Part shown: positions 25,625-34,880 of the stretch, piece by piece
Layout of the letters: the number at the start of each line of letters is the position of its first letter
How positions within the stretch are numbered: position 1 is the first letter of the stretch
Source of the DNA: a virus
Lineage: Duplodnaviria; Caudoviricetes
IMG/VR virus record: IMGVR_UViG_3300005758_000087
Coordinates: 17,683-81,682 of that record
Length of the DNA stretch: 64,000 nucleotides
Direction: 5' to 3' (one strand)
Made by a program: the position numbers and the translations under genes
Notes under the pieces: model-generated
The model's database searches: none
Told to the model about the DNA's origin: nothing
The model's input: only the letters and a program-made list of their open reading frames with translations

Positions 25625-26815
25625 TTAGAAGCACCTCAAGATGATCATATTTTCATTAAAGCGACCGTTTGGTTGAGTCACTACTGCTTTGATGCTATCA
25701 AAGAATTTACGTGCTGCAGGTTTACTACCCATCACCTCTTTAATTTGCTCACCTGGCTTACGAAGTGTTTTAACTTCACTTTTAGCGGTATCGAAGCCAA
25801 GAATTGTATTACCCTTTACAGTGAAAGTCTGACTGTACTGGTCAGCAATGTAGTGATGTAGTTTGCGTTTTGCAGTGTCATATACCCACGCTTCACTAGC
25901 ACCATGCAGTTTAGTAGGATGCACACTTACCAGATCAAGCTTGAGTGCAGGATCCTTATACTCTTTGAGGTACTTGAGTTTAGCTACAATTTTCTCTACC
26001 GGTACAGGCTTCCGCTTACGTGGAGTCTTTGCTGCCTTCTTCACACTGATATAACTATTGAGGTCGCTCATTACCGTTTCAATAGCTTTAATCATGTTTT
26101 TGATTTGCACCTTGCCGAATTGACTGTAACCTTCAACTAGTTGCGGGTCTTTACCTTCTTGCACTTCTTCAAACTCTGTTAGAGTTTTCTTCCAAGTATC
26201 TAGGATAATAGGAATATGTTGCGGAAGAATATTATACTTTGCAAGAATGTCAATAGGCTTGCCCGGCAAGCTTCCTTTTGCACCTGCAATAACAAACTCG
26301 TCAAACAAGCCAGCAATCTCGCCTGCTGCTTCACGTGTTTTTTCTTTCATAATTTCTTGAACGTTAGGGCGATTTACCGGTTCTTTTTCTTCTACTTCAA
26401 TTTCTTGAGGCGTCAGTTGCGACTTAAACACAGTTTCAGGCTTGTGTACACAAGTCATGAGCCGGGTCAATTCATTTTGCAGCGACATTTCCTCATGTTC
26501 GGTAAGTTGCAAGCCGCGCAACGTCATACGTGCTAGCCAACCATATGTACTAAGAATTTCGCTTTCGGGTACTTTAGCTAGTACTTTTGCATCGGCTTTT
26601 CGGTCATTGTATTCCATATATTGGATCATCAATTCTTTGGCTTCTTTTCTACCATAAAAACGATTGTACCAACCAAATGCTCGGGCTAGTGCGCTTGTAC
26701 GGAATTCTGGATCTGGCTGGACTGCAAAGAATGGCTCGTCACCAGTGTATTTTGTGTCGGGGTCTTTTGGATTTAGGGCTTTAATGTATTGATCTTCTGA
26801 TTTCTTTTTAGCCAT
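25625..26815 (-). CDS. Conserved myophage early protein of unknown function
   Basis: 396 aa; first gene after a perfect sigma70 promoter; C-terminal WVYDT.KRKL..FTVKG.T..GFD..KTLRKP block. Confidence 0.8.
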   Translation of the reverse strand: MAKKKSEDQYIKALNPKDPDTKYTGDEPFFAVQPDPEFRTSALARAFGWYNRFYGRKEAKELMIQYMEYNDRKADAKVLAKVPESEILSTYGWLARMTLRGLQLTEHEEMSLQNELTRLMTCVHKPETVFKSQLTPQEIEVEEKEPVNRPNVQEIMKEKTREAAGEIAGLFDEFVIAGAKGSLPGKPIDILAKYNILPQHIPIILDTWKKTLTEFEEVQEGKDPQLVEGYSQFGKVQIKNMIKAIETVMSDLNSYISVKKAAKTPRKRKPVPVEKIVAKLKYLKEYKDPALKLDLVSVHPTKLHGASEAWVYDTAKRKLHHYIADQYSQTFTVKGNTILGFDTAKSEVKTLRKPGEQIKEVMGSKPAARKFFDSIKAVVTQPNGRFNENMIILRCF

Positions 26816-26845
26816 AATTTGCTCCTATACTTAATGATGTTGATG

Positions 26846-26874
26846 ATTATACATGAATCTCATTTTATTGTCAA
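26846..26874 (-). promoter_or_regulatory. Sigma70-type early promoter
   Basis: TTGACA-17 nt-TATAAT, perfect consensus. Confidence 0.9.
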
Positions 26875-26881
26875 GTGTTGT

Positions 26882-26889
26882 CATAAATA
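26882..26889 (+). promoter_or_regulatory. Late promoter CATAAATA
   Basis: Upstream of gp14, divergent from the early promoter. Confidence 0.6.
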
Positions 26890-26908
26890 TAATTAACAGG
26901 ATTATAAC

Positions 26909-28828
26909 ATGCCACGAATATCATTATATCGCCCCGAAAAAGCAAACGATTACAAATTTCTTGATAAAACTATAAAAGAAATGTTGGTTGTGGGCGGAAC
27001 GGACTTATATGTACATAAATATTTAGGAGTAGCCAACACCGGACCAAGTAGAGATTTCACACAACCGCAATATGATCAATTAGACCCTACCAATATTCAA
27101 GACTTGCTATTTTTAGAAAACCGAGATAGAAAATACGATAGCACTATTTACAGAATTCGCGGGCATTATAATGTACAAAATTTAGATTTTGATTTAAGTC
27201 AATTTGGGCTATTTTTAAATAACGATATTGTTTTCATTACCGTGCATTATAACGAAATGATTGAATTATTGGGTAGAAAACTAATGGTAGGTGACGTTTT
27301 AGAATTACCTCATCTAACAGATTATCATCCATTAAATGACCAAATACCAATTGGTCTGCGCAGATACTATCAAATAACTGATGCCAACTTTGCCAGTGAA
27401 GGATTCAGCCAAACTTGGTATCCGCATCTGTGGAGAATCAAATGTGAGCCATTGATTGACAGCCAAGAATTTTCTAACATTCTCAGTCAGCCACTAGAAA
27501 AAGATAATTATTTAGGAGACTGGGATTCTACTAAAGAGTACATAGCAGGATATACGGTAACATATGGCGATAACACATACACTCCCAAATTACCCGGCCC
27601 GGTGCCGGCAGGAATCGCACCCACTGACAATACATATTGGGAGCTTAGCACTGCTGATAATTTAAGAGATATAATAGCCAGATATAATAAAAACATAGAA
27701 GTTAATAACGCAGTTATAGCAGAGGCTGCTAGACTAGTTCCTAAAAATGGCTATGACAGAAGCCAATTATATGTAGTACCCACGCAAAATGGTGAGCCAG
27801 CACCCCCAGTAAATATAGTAGTTTCACCCGGAAGTCCTACTCCAACCCGAGCTACGGTATTCATGATGCGAAGTAGTGCCTATAGCAATCCTAGTCCGGT
27901 ATTACGAATCGGTGCAGAAGCTAGAAAAAAACTCTTTGAACTTAGCACAGATGACCAAAATGCCTTGCGCGAATTTATTGCATTAAGTTTAAAAACCGCA
28001 AAATTAAATCCCGAAAGGACTGATACTGGAAGCGGGCAGGTCGACGGTACTCTAGTGCTGACTGCCAAAGCAAATGGACCAATAACCGGTCCATATGGGA
28101 CTGCGGATAATACATATAGCACCGCTGATCAGTTTCCTCCGTTTACTGTAACTAGTTCTATAAATATTCCCATAAGAAGTCAAACTATTTCGATTTTAGG
28201 GTTAGAACCTAACCAAGACATAGCACCACAAAATTTAATTAGTGCCGCGGTTACTAGCTTAGCCGGAATAACAAATAACATATTTGCAGAAAACACAAGA
28301 GTAGTAAGTGTTAATAAGTTAAACAACACCTTTACTATTGATAAACCCACAATTTATGCTATGCCTGCTGGTACTGCTATTAATGTCGAACCAAATTTTG
28401 ATCTTACTAAAAATCCAATAAGTTTGCAAATGAATTATAGGGCGGACTGTGATCCTAGATTTGCATATATAGCGCGTAGTACACCAAACGGATTTGGTTA
28501 TAGTGATGGATACATGATCGGCGACGGTACTGCTCCAAACGGGTTACCAGTTGGCTCAGGTATTGTGTTTCCGGCTAATCCCAATTTAGGAGATTACTTC
28601 TTAAGAACTGATTACTTACCTAATTTATTGTATAGATATGACGGAAATTTATGGGTAAGAATAGGTGTTAATACACGTTCTAGTGTAGGATTCGAGAGTA
28701 CTGATCCTAGCAATCAATCACAAATGGCTAGCTTTATCAATAACGAACAAACACTTACATTGACTGACGGAACTGTTATACCACAGCAACAACCCCTAAG
28801 CTCAATTTTAACTATACAACCGGATTAA
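26909..28828 (+). CDS. gp14: Neck/head-closure protein with extra C-terminal domains
   Basis: IQDLLFLENRDRKYD..DLSQFGLFL..GDVLELPHL; 639 aa with a WDSTKEYIAGYTVTY CBM-like insert. Confidence 0.8.
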   Translation: MPRISLYRPEKANDYKFLDKTIKEMLVVGGTDLYVHKYLGVANTGPSRDFTQPQYDQLDPTNIQDLLFLENRDRKYDSTIYRIRGHYNVQNLDFDLSQFGLFLNNDIVFITVHYNEMIELLGRKLMVGDVLELPHLTDYHPLNDQIPIGLRRYYQITDANFASEGFSQTWYPHLWRIKCEPLIDSQEFSNILSQPLEKDNYLGDWDSTKEYIAGYTVTYGDNTYTPKLPGPVPAGIAPTDNTYWELSTADNLRDIIARYNKNIEVNNAVIAEAARLVPKNGYDRSQLYVVPTQNGEPAPPVNIVVSPGSPTPTRATVFMMRSSAYSNPSPVLRIGAEARKKLFELSTDDQNALREFIALSLKTAKLNPERTDTGSGQVDGTLVLTAKANGPITGPYGTADNTYSTADQFPPFTVTSSINIPIRSQTISILGLEPNQDIAPQNLISAAVTSLAGITNNIFAENTRVVSVNKLNNTFTIDKPTIYAMPAGTAINVEPNFDLTKNPISLQMNYRADCDPRFAYIARSTPNGFGYSDGYMIGDGTAPNGLPVGSGIVFPANPNLGDYFLRTDYLPNLLYRYDGNLWVRIGVNTRSSVGFESTDPSNQSQMASFINNEQTLTLTDGTVIPQQQPLSSILTIQPD

Positions 28829-28836
28829 TATAAAAT

Positions 28837-30207
28837 ATGGCAAATTACTTCTATGATTCTCAAATACGCAGATTTTTAATTCAATTTGCTCGAATATTTT
28901 CTAACTGGCAAGTTACTAAGGGAAAAGATCCTGCAGGAAATAATATTTTAGTGAGAGTTCCTATACAGTACGGCGACTCAAGCAGGTTAGCCTCTGCAAT
29001 TCAAGCTAATAACAGTGCAAGTAGTTTACCGTCAGCTCCATTAATAACATATTACATTACTGGATTAGAGTATGATCAAAAAAGAACACAAGATCCTTAT
29101 TTCATAGACAAAACTAGTGTTCGGCAACGGCAGTACAATCCAGAAACACAAAGCTATACTACCACACAAGGTCAAGCATTTACTGTTGAAAGAATAATGC
29201 CGGTACCTTATACATTAAGAATTACCGTAGACTTTTGGACTACTAATTATCAGCAAAAATTAGAGTTAATAGAACAATTAGGAGTGCTGTTTAATCCTAG
29301 TATGGAATTACAAAGTACGGATAACTTTATCGACTGGACTTCACTTAGCGTAGTATATCAGGATGGATTAACATTTAGCAGTAGGACTATACCGCAAGGA
29401 ACAGGTAACCCAATAGATATTTTAAGTTGGAAATTTTACATGCCCATATGGATAAGTTCCAGTTCTAAAATCAAAAAACTGGGAGTTATTCATAAAATCA
29501 TTGCAAGTATTTTTAAAGGAAATGCTTTAACAGATATGCAAGACGATGATTTATTATTGGGGACCAGACAAAAAATAACACCATATGGATATAAACTATT
29601 ACTGATAGGCAATAGCTTACAGATACTTCCAGCAGATCAAGATTTTTATCCTAGAAATAATTCGTTAGACTTGCCGAATAATCCCAATACTGACGTATAT
29701 TGGCAAAGTGTCTTAAATGTATACGGAACTGTAAGACCCGGTATTAGTCAAATTTGGCTTCAAAATCCATATATGGAGACAGAAATTGTCGGAACTATAG
29801 CATTTAATCCCACAGATGACCGTTTACTAATCTATAATATAGATCCTGATACCTTACCAGAAAACACATTAGATCCGGTGAATAGTATTATAAATCCATT
29901 AGTAAAGGGTCCCGGACATGGATTACCAGAAGCCGAACTAGGCCAGCGATACTTAATAGTAGAGGATATAGGCAATGACGTTAACGATGCACCTTCATTA
30001 GCCTGGGGCGGATTGGTAGCCAAAGCCAATAGTATTATAGAATATGACGGATCGAATTGGTTTGTAAGTTTCGATAGCCAAAGTTTTACTGATGTTCAAT
30101 ATGTTACCAACTTAACAACCGGAGTTCAATATAGGTATGCTGAAAATATTTGGATGAAATCATATGAAGGTTGGTACGGTCAAGGAGATTATTCTATTGT
30201 AATCTAA
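28837..30207 (+). CDS. gp15: Tail terminator / sheath stabiliser
   Basis: YFYDSQIRRFL..RVPIQYG..MPVPYTL..QKLELIEQL..LFNP. Confidence 0.88.
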   Translation: MANYFYDSQIRRFLIQFARIFSNWQVTKGKDPAGNNILVRVPIQYGDSSRLASAIQANNSASSLPSAPLITYYITGLEYDQKRTQDPYFIDKTSVRQRQYNPETQSYTTTQGQAFTVERIMPVPYTLRITVDFWTTNYQQKLELIEQLGVLFNPSMELQSTDNFIDWTSLSVVYQDGLTFSSRTIPQGTGNPIDILSWKFYMPIWISSSSKIKKLGVIHKIIASIFKGNALTDMQDDDLLLGTRQKITPYGYKLLLIGNSLQILPADQDFYPRNNSLDLPNNPNTDVYWQSVLNVYGTVRPGISQIWLQNPYMETEIVGTIAFNPTDDRLLIYNIDPDTLPENTLDPVNSIINPLVKGPGHGLPEAELGQRYLIVEDIGNDVNDAPSLAWGGLVAKANSIIEYDGSNWFVSFDSQSFTDVQYVTNLTTGVQYRYAENIWMKSYEGWYGQGDYSIVI

Positions 30208-30224
30208 CCTAGATAAATCATAGT

Positions 30225-30653
30225 ATGAACGTTCAAACTATAGCCGCCGGAATTTTTTTTTATAGCACTACTACAAAAAGATTTTTATATTTGCTACGAG
30301 CCATTGATAAAAATGCCAATTCCAATAATTGGGGGCTGCCCGGCGGAAAAATAGAAAAAAATGAAACGTTGTACGCCGGGTTAGAAAGAGAATGCATGGA
30401 AGAATTAGATTACTTCCCACATGAGGCTAAACTAATTCCTATACAAAAATTTGTGAATAATTCTTTCGTTTATCACACCTTTTTCTGCAAACTAGAAAAA
30501 GAATTTATTCCAAAATTAAACGAAGAGCACATAGGATACTGCTGGATAGATCGTCACAACTTTCCTAAACCATTGCATCCCGGTTTGTTTAATACTGTAA
30601 ATTTTGAAATAGTAAAAGAAAAATTAGAAAAATTATTATCTAAGATTGAATAA
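30225..30653 (+). CDS. NUDIX hydrolase
   Basis: Nudix box GGKIEKNETLYAGLERECMEEL. Confidence 0.92.
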   Translation: MNVQTIAAGIFFYSTTTKRFLYLLRAIDKNANSNNWGLPGGKIEKNETLYAGLERECMEELDYFPHEAKLIPIQKFVNNSFVYHTFFCKLEKEFIPKLNEEHIGYCWIDRHNFPKPLHPGLFNTVNFEIVKEKLEKLLSKIE

Positions 30654-31319
30654 TAAAATTTCAGGCTCTTCTTCAGGATCAGTGATGTTTAATTCAGATT
30701 CATTTTCAAAACTAAAACCAGAACCCACATATCCTTCAATACCATTAATCGTAGCAGACCCGTTAATTATGTACAGATAATATCTTCTATTACTGTCCAA
30801 ATTACACTTATAATTTTTTGTAAAAATTCCTGCACTTAATTTTGCGTAACTTTGTATAACAATAGGACCCTCACTGCTTGCTATGGGACAAAAGGTATCA
30901 AGTTTTTCTTCTCTATCGAATACCCAAACATCGTATTTAGGTGCAAAATTATGTCTTGCTGCACGTAACCATATTTGCAAATAATGTATTGGTTCATCGC
31001 TTAAATTACCCTCGCAATGCCATATTCCTGTGCCGCAACTCATTCTTTGTACAGCCCCGCTCGGTACTTCATGCGTGTTCATTAAATTATCGTTATGAAA
31101 ACAGGGTCCTTTTACTACGTATCCTAAAATTTCAATATCGTTATGTTGATGCACTGGGGTAAAATTTTTAGGCTGTACTATGTCATCATTAATTACTTCA
31201 ATATCGCTATAGTTTGTGTAATTTGGATCATTGTATGTATTATTACTAAATGAACGTTTGGATTGAATCCATCCAAAATCGAAATGTCCTCTGGTTTCTG
31301 GTAATCTATGCTTGATCAT
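30636..31319 (-). CDS. Pirin-family bicupin (YhhW-like)
   Basis: RG..DFGW..S.RSFS..INDD.V.P..H.H.DIEI..H.DN..VQRMS.GTGI.H.E.N. Confidence 0.92.
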   Translation of the reverse strand: MIKHRLPETRGHFDFGWIQSKRSFSNNTYNDPNYTNYSDIEVINDDIVQPKNFTPVHQHNDIEILGYVVKGPCFHNDNLMNTHEVPSGAVQRMSCGTGIWHCEGNLSDEPIHYLQIWLRAARHNFAPKYDVWVFDREEKLDTFCPIASSEGPIVIQSYAKLSAGIFTKNYKCNLDSNRRYYLYIINGSATINGIEGYVGSGFSFENESELNITDPEEEPEILLFNLR

Positions 31320-31332
31320 GCATATATTTAAT

Positions 31333-31357
31333 AAAAAAGCGGCAGCTGCCGCTTTTT
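31333..31357. terminator. Palindromic terminator
   Basis: AAAAAGCGGCAGCTGCCGCTTTTT perfect palindrome at 31334-31357. Confidence 0.75.
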
Positions 31358-31381
31358 GTTTTTGAAACTAATTATTGTCGA

Positions 31382-32482
31382 TTAGCAAGAATAATCTATA
31401 TCCACAGTAATTAGTCCGGTTGCTGCATCAGGTGTATTTGTTTTAGCATCGAATGAAACTAAAACCTTTGAGCCTGGATTTTCATCTGTGCCGTTATCTG
31501 TAAAGTCTAATGCAAACTTGTTAGATATTGTAGATGCTTTAACATCAGAACTAGGATCTTCCTTATCTAATACAATACTCATTTGTCCAATAGTTAAATT
31601 GGCCTCGTCTGCATCAACTAAAGTACATATGCCTGCAGCATATACTGTTCCGGTAGTGGATAATCCTAAACCATCCCTAGTAGCAACGAAAATTTTGCCT
31701 TCGCCAGCATCAGGTCCTGCACCCAAAGCTTGCCAATCAGTATTACCTACGGATCTAATGTAGTATGTACCTCCGGCAGCAATATGCTCGTCATTGACAG
31801 TATCTTCTTTTACTACTAAAAACTTCTTCTTACCTTTCTGACGTATTATGTATCCGTCATCAGGAGCAGCAACTGTTATTCTTTCACCATTAAGTGCTAT
31901 TGCTGCGTCGTCTGTTAATGTAATTGTTTCTTCTTGAATTGCAGTTGTTGTAACTGTATCGTCTGTTAGTGGTAGTACTGCGCCACCAATAGTTGCACTG
32001 ACAGTAAAAGTTGTTCCACTGGCAACTGTCTTTACGAAGTAAACAGTGCCGGCTACCAATCCACCTATGTTTGCACCAAACACTACAGAACCGTCGGCTA
32101 CCAATCCGGTTGTATCATCTACGGTTACTGTGTCAGTAGAAGCAGTTGTTGCTGAAGTTGTCATACTTACGGTTGTGCTTTCAGATAAAACAGCTCCCAC
32201 CAACGTACCGTTAAAGTATATTAATGCGTCACCGTCTAGTTCGCCGGAGTTTAGTGTTCCTGCATTTCTTGAACTAATTACTGGAGAACTGGTGCTTGCA
32301 TAGTAGCTTCCATACCAAGCTTCTGCTACACAAACCTTAGGATAAGCAGCAACATCTTCTACTCCGCCTACTACACCCACTGCAGAGGTAGTAAAGCCAT
32401 TGTCGGTAGTGCCATCGTTAGGATAACCAAGATCCACATCTACTGATCCATTTGTTTTATAAATTTTTAAAGGGCGTCCCAT
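31382..32482 (-). CDS. Virion structural protein
   Basis: 366 aa, T/D/G/A-rich; FGANIGGLVAGTVYFVK..TFTVSAT.GG domain; own late promoter, structured leader and terminator. Confidence 0.7.
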   Translation of the reverse strand: MGRPLKIYKTNGSVDVDLGYPNDGTTDNGFTTSAVGVVGGVEDVAAYPKVCVAEAWYGSYYASTSSPVISSRNAGTLNSGELDGDALIYFNGTLVGAVLSESTTVSMTTSATTASTDTVTVDDTTGLVADGSVVFGANIGGLVAGTVYFVKTVASGTTFTVSATIGGAVLPLTDDTVTTTAIQEETITLTDDAAIALNGERITVAAPDDGYIIRQKGKKKFLVVKEDTVNDEHIAAGGTYYIRSVGNTDWQALGAGPDAGEGKIFVATRDGLGLSTTGTVYAAGICTLVDADEANLTIGQMSIVLDKEDPSSDVKASTISNKFALDFTDNGTDENPGSKVLVSFDAKTNTPDAATGLITVDIDYSC

Positions 32483-32575
32483 TTTGTTTTGTCTCCTTTA
32501 TGTTAGACGTTCTAGGTCCTACGCGGTTGGGGAACCGCATAAGTCTCCCATATAGAGAGAGAACATAAGTATTTA
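32483..32575 (-). promoter_or_regulatory. Late promoter plus structured 5' leader (candidate cis-regulatory RNA)
   Basis: TAAATA at 32570-32575, then three hairpins and SD AAGGAG. Confidence 0.55.
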
Positions 32576-33769
32576 TTAAATTTGGGTGAGATTTATTTGA
32601 TACGTGTTTCCACTGCCGCTATCAGTTAAAAATATTCCATCAGCATTTGCAAACATAGACCAACTGTTGGCTCCGGAATCATAAAACAAATTAGCGGTGT
32701 TTACTGAAACAACATTACTTATAATATTATCAGCAACCTCGACGTTGCCGGCATTTATGTTTCCGGAAACATTAGCATTGTTGACAACAGTAATACTTGT
32801 AAAACTAGCCAAATTTGGAGCTGAACACCCAATAGCACCGTTAAAGGAACCTAAAACGTTTCCTAATATGTTAGTAGCATCGACGTTGCCGGTTACAGTT
32901 AGAACATTGGTTACTTTATTAAAAGTTAAATTCGAGCTGGCCCCGAAACTTCCACCGTCATTAAACTGAACTTGTGTGTTACTGCCATTAACTACTGCGT
33001 TTCCTACCGGGGCGATTTGACCTAAAATGTTTGCACTATTGGCGGTGTATCCGGCCCATATAGGATTATAAGTAACTAAACTAGATGTAGCAGCAACATT
33101 AGATTCATCATGAATACTAAAGGTGGTGTTGCTTAATCTTCTAGTAAAAAACTGATTGGTCCCAGCAACACCAGCAGTCTCTATACTAGACTGAACTGCA
33201 CCGGAGGGCAAGACTCCGTTTATTGTTACTGAAGTACCTGTACCGAAAAAATGATCAGTGCTGGTAGTTACGATTGTTCCATCCGCAAAATTTGCACCAT
33301 TTGCCGGACTAAATCCTAAAATTTTATATACTAATGATCCGTTAGTGGTCCAAGTTAAATTGCCGGTACCGTCAGTCTGCAATACATACCCGTTGATTCC
33401 TCCGGATATTTTTACATCATTGATCTGTCCTAAATCGATTTCGCCACCAGCATTACCGCCTACGTTTACTATAGTAGCAATATTAGATGCTACGTTAATT
33501 CCTAATAATTGACCATTTTCAATATTGTTTAAATCTAAAGTAGTGTTACTAGACCCGTTTAATCTAGAAAAATCTAACGGGCTAGCTGTAGTTAAAATTT
33601 CAGTTTGTGTAGTTGCACCTACAGTAACCGGAGGAACAATATTAGGATCATTACCTATATACACTCGTTGCTCATCTACTGCGAACCCAATTTCACCGAT
33701 GTCTAGTTGTGGTAAATCAACGTTTGCCCCGGTTCTATGAATTATTTTTGAAATTTGATAAATGGCCAT
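32576..33769 (-). CDS. Tail fibre/adhesin with Mtd-N-like N-terminus
   Basis: LPQLDIGEIGFAVDEQRVYIGN; QVQFNDGG..G..NLTF motif shared with the 4751-8245 fibre. Confidence 0.72.
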   Translation of the reverse strand: MAIYQISKIIHRTGANVDLPQLDIGEIGFAVDEQRVYIGNDPNIVPPVTVGATTQTEILTTASPLDFSRLNGSSNTTLDLNNIENGQLLGINVASNIATIVNVGGNAGGEIDLGQINDVKISGGINGYVLQTDGTGNLTWTTNGSLVYKILGFSPANGANFADGTIVTTSTDHFFGTGTSVTINGVLPSGAVQSSIETAGVAGTNQFFTRRLSNTTFSIHDESNVAATSSLVTYNPIWAGYTANSANILGQIAPVGNAVVNGSNTQVQFNDGGSFGASSNLTFNKVTNVLTVTGNVDATNILGNVLGSFNGAIGCSAPNLASFTSITVVNNANVSGNINAGNVEVADNIISNVVSVNTANLFYDSGANSWSMFANADGIFLTDSGSGNTYQINLTQI

Positions 33770-33793
33770 AATATAATCTTTGTTTGATTATAT

Positions 33794-33801
33794 TATTTAT
33801 C
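33794..33801 (-). promoter_or_regulatory. Late promoter GATAAATA
   Basis: Upstream of the 33769 start. Confidence 0.6.
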
Positions 33802-33806
33802 AACCA

Positions 33807-34493
33807 TTATAAGAACTTGGAATAGTATTGTTCGCAGCGGTCAAACCACTTCCCCACATAGTGTTGAAACTCATTTCCCTCAAGAATAAATTCCTGATAA
33901 TTGAAATCTGCACTACACATAAAAATTACCCCCTTTTTTATGTTCGTGCCGTAGATTTCATTATGCGCTGTTGCATATGCTGCCAACTGTAGGAAATAAT
34001 CGTCAATCCATTCTCTTTTTTTTGGTTTATTGGTTTGTTTGTGATCCATTATGGCTTCTTCACCATTATGTACACCGCACAAATCAGTTGTACCAGCATA
34101 TATCTTTGGGAAGTATAAAGGCACTTCTATACCCCAATACTCGTTACAATTAATCAAACCTTTAGCAATAATTTCTTGTGCCATTTTGTGCGCTTGTATG
34201 CTGTACATATTACTACCTGCATCTTTGAGAATTCCGGTTCGAATGTAATCCTCAATAAATTTATGCATTCTTGTACCGCGGCCAGCAGCCTCAGTCGTTA
34301 TCTCAGTAGCTTTTTTATGTCCTACTCTATTTCGCCATTCATTTAGTGCTTTTTTGGCTTCCTCTGGTTTGGTTGCATCTAGAATTGTGGTAACACTGGG
34401 TAATTTTTCTCCGTCGGGAGTAGCGTATCTTCTAGCACCATCTTCGGTTACTCGGTTAATATTGATGTAATTAAATTTGTTTGGATTATACAT
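33807..34493 (-). CDS. PD-(D/E)xK exonuclease (Cas4/lambda-exo-like)
   Basis: LPSVTTIL; RGTRMH..IE; YAGTTD; IMDHKQ; LQLAAYA. Confidence 0.9.
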   Translation of the reverse strand: MYNPNKFNYININRVTEDGARRYATPDGEKLPSVTTILDATKPEEAKKALNEWRNRVGHKKATEITTEAAGRGTRMHKFIEDYIRTGILKDAGSNMYSIQAHKMAQEIIAKGLINCNEYWGIEVPLYFPKIYAGTTDLCGVHNGEEAIMDHKQTNKPKKREWIDDYFLQLAAYATAHNEIYGTNIKKGVIFMCSADFNYQEFILEGNEFQHYVGKWFDRCEQYYSKFL

Positions 34494-34530
34494 AAAAAAA
34501 TTGTACTATATTTTTCAACATAGTACAATT
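34494..34530 (-). terminator. Hairpin plus T-run terminator
   Basis: TTGTACTAT/ATAGTACAA stem followed by a T-run on the minus strand. Confidence 0.6.
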
Positions 34531-34537
34531 TATATGG

Positions 34538-34879
34538 TTATAATTTTTTGATTTGTTTAGACGCCATTTGTTTTAACGTCTTTTCGTGATCGGGGGTTTT
34601 TCCCTGCTCAGGTTTGGATTTGGGGACTTTATGTTCCTGACCCTTAAATACAACCTGATCATTATTTACATTAGAAATTATATTAACTAAGGGTTCTTTT
34701 TGCACTATATCAAATAAATCTTCTTTATCTAGTATAATGTCTCTTGTTTTTAAAAAGTTTAAAAATTCGTCGGTAGACCAAGTTCTAGCTGAACCTTTTA
34801 GCTTTTCTTTAAGTTGATTCGAGACCGCCATCAATTTAACACGTAGCGGATCTCGGTCATCAAATTCAAATAAACGCAT
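34538..34879 (-). CDS. Hypothetical late protein (MRLFEF N-terminus)
   Basis: 113 aa; capsid-targeting-like N-terminus. Confidence 0.7.
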   Translation of the reverse strand: MRLFEFDDRDPLRVKLMAVSNQLKEKLKGSARTWSTDEFLNFLKTRDIILDKEDLFDIVQKEPLVNIISNVNNDQVVFKGQEHKVPKSKPEQGKTPDHEKTLKQMASKQIKKL

Positions 34880-34880
34880 T

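Noticed and set aside
20413-26815. Diversity-generating retroelement as the source of paralog variation
   Set aside because: No reverse transcriptase in the window, and paralog differences are not adenine-specific substitutions between a template and a variable repeat; they are unalignable segments or repeat-number changes.
30636-30653. Tail-to-tail overlaps (also 18928-18942 and 42726-42755) as antisense regulation
   Set aside because: Short convergent overlaps are common in compact AT-rich phage genomes; no further supporting structure.
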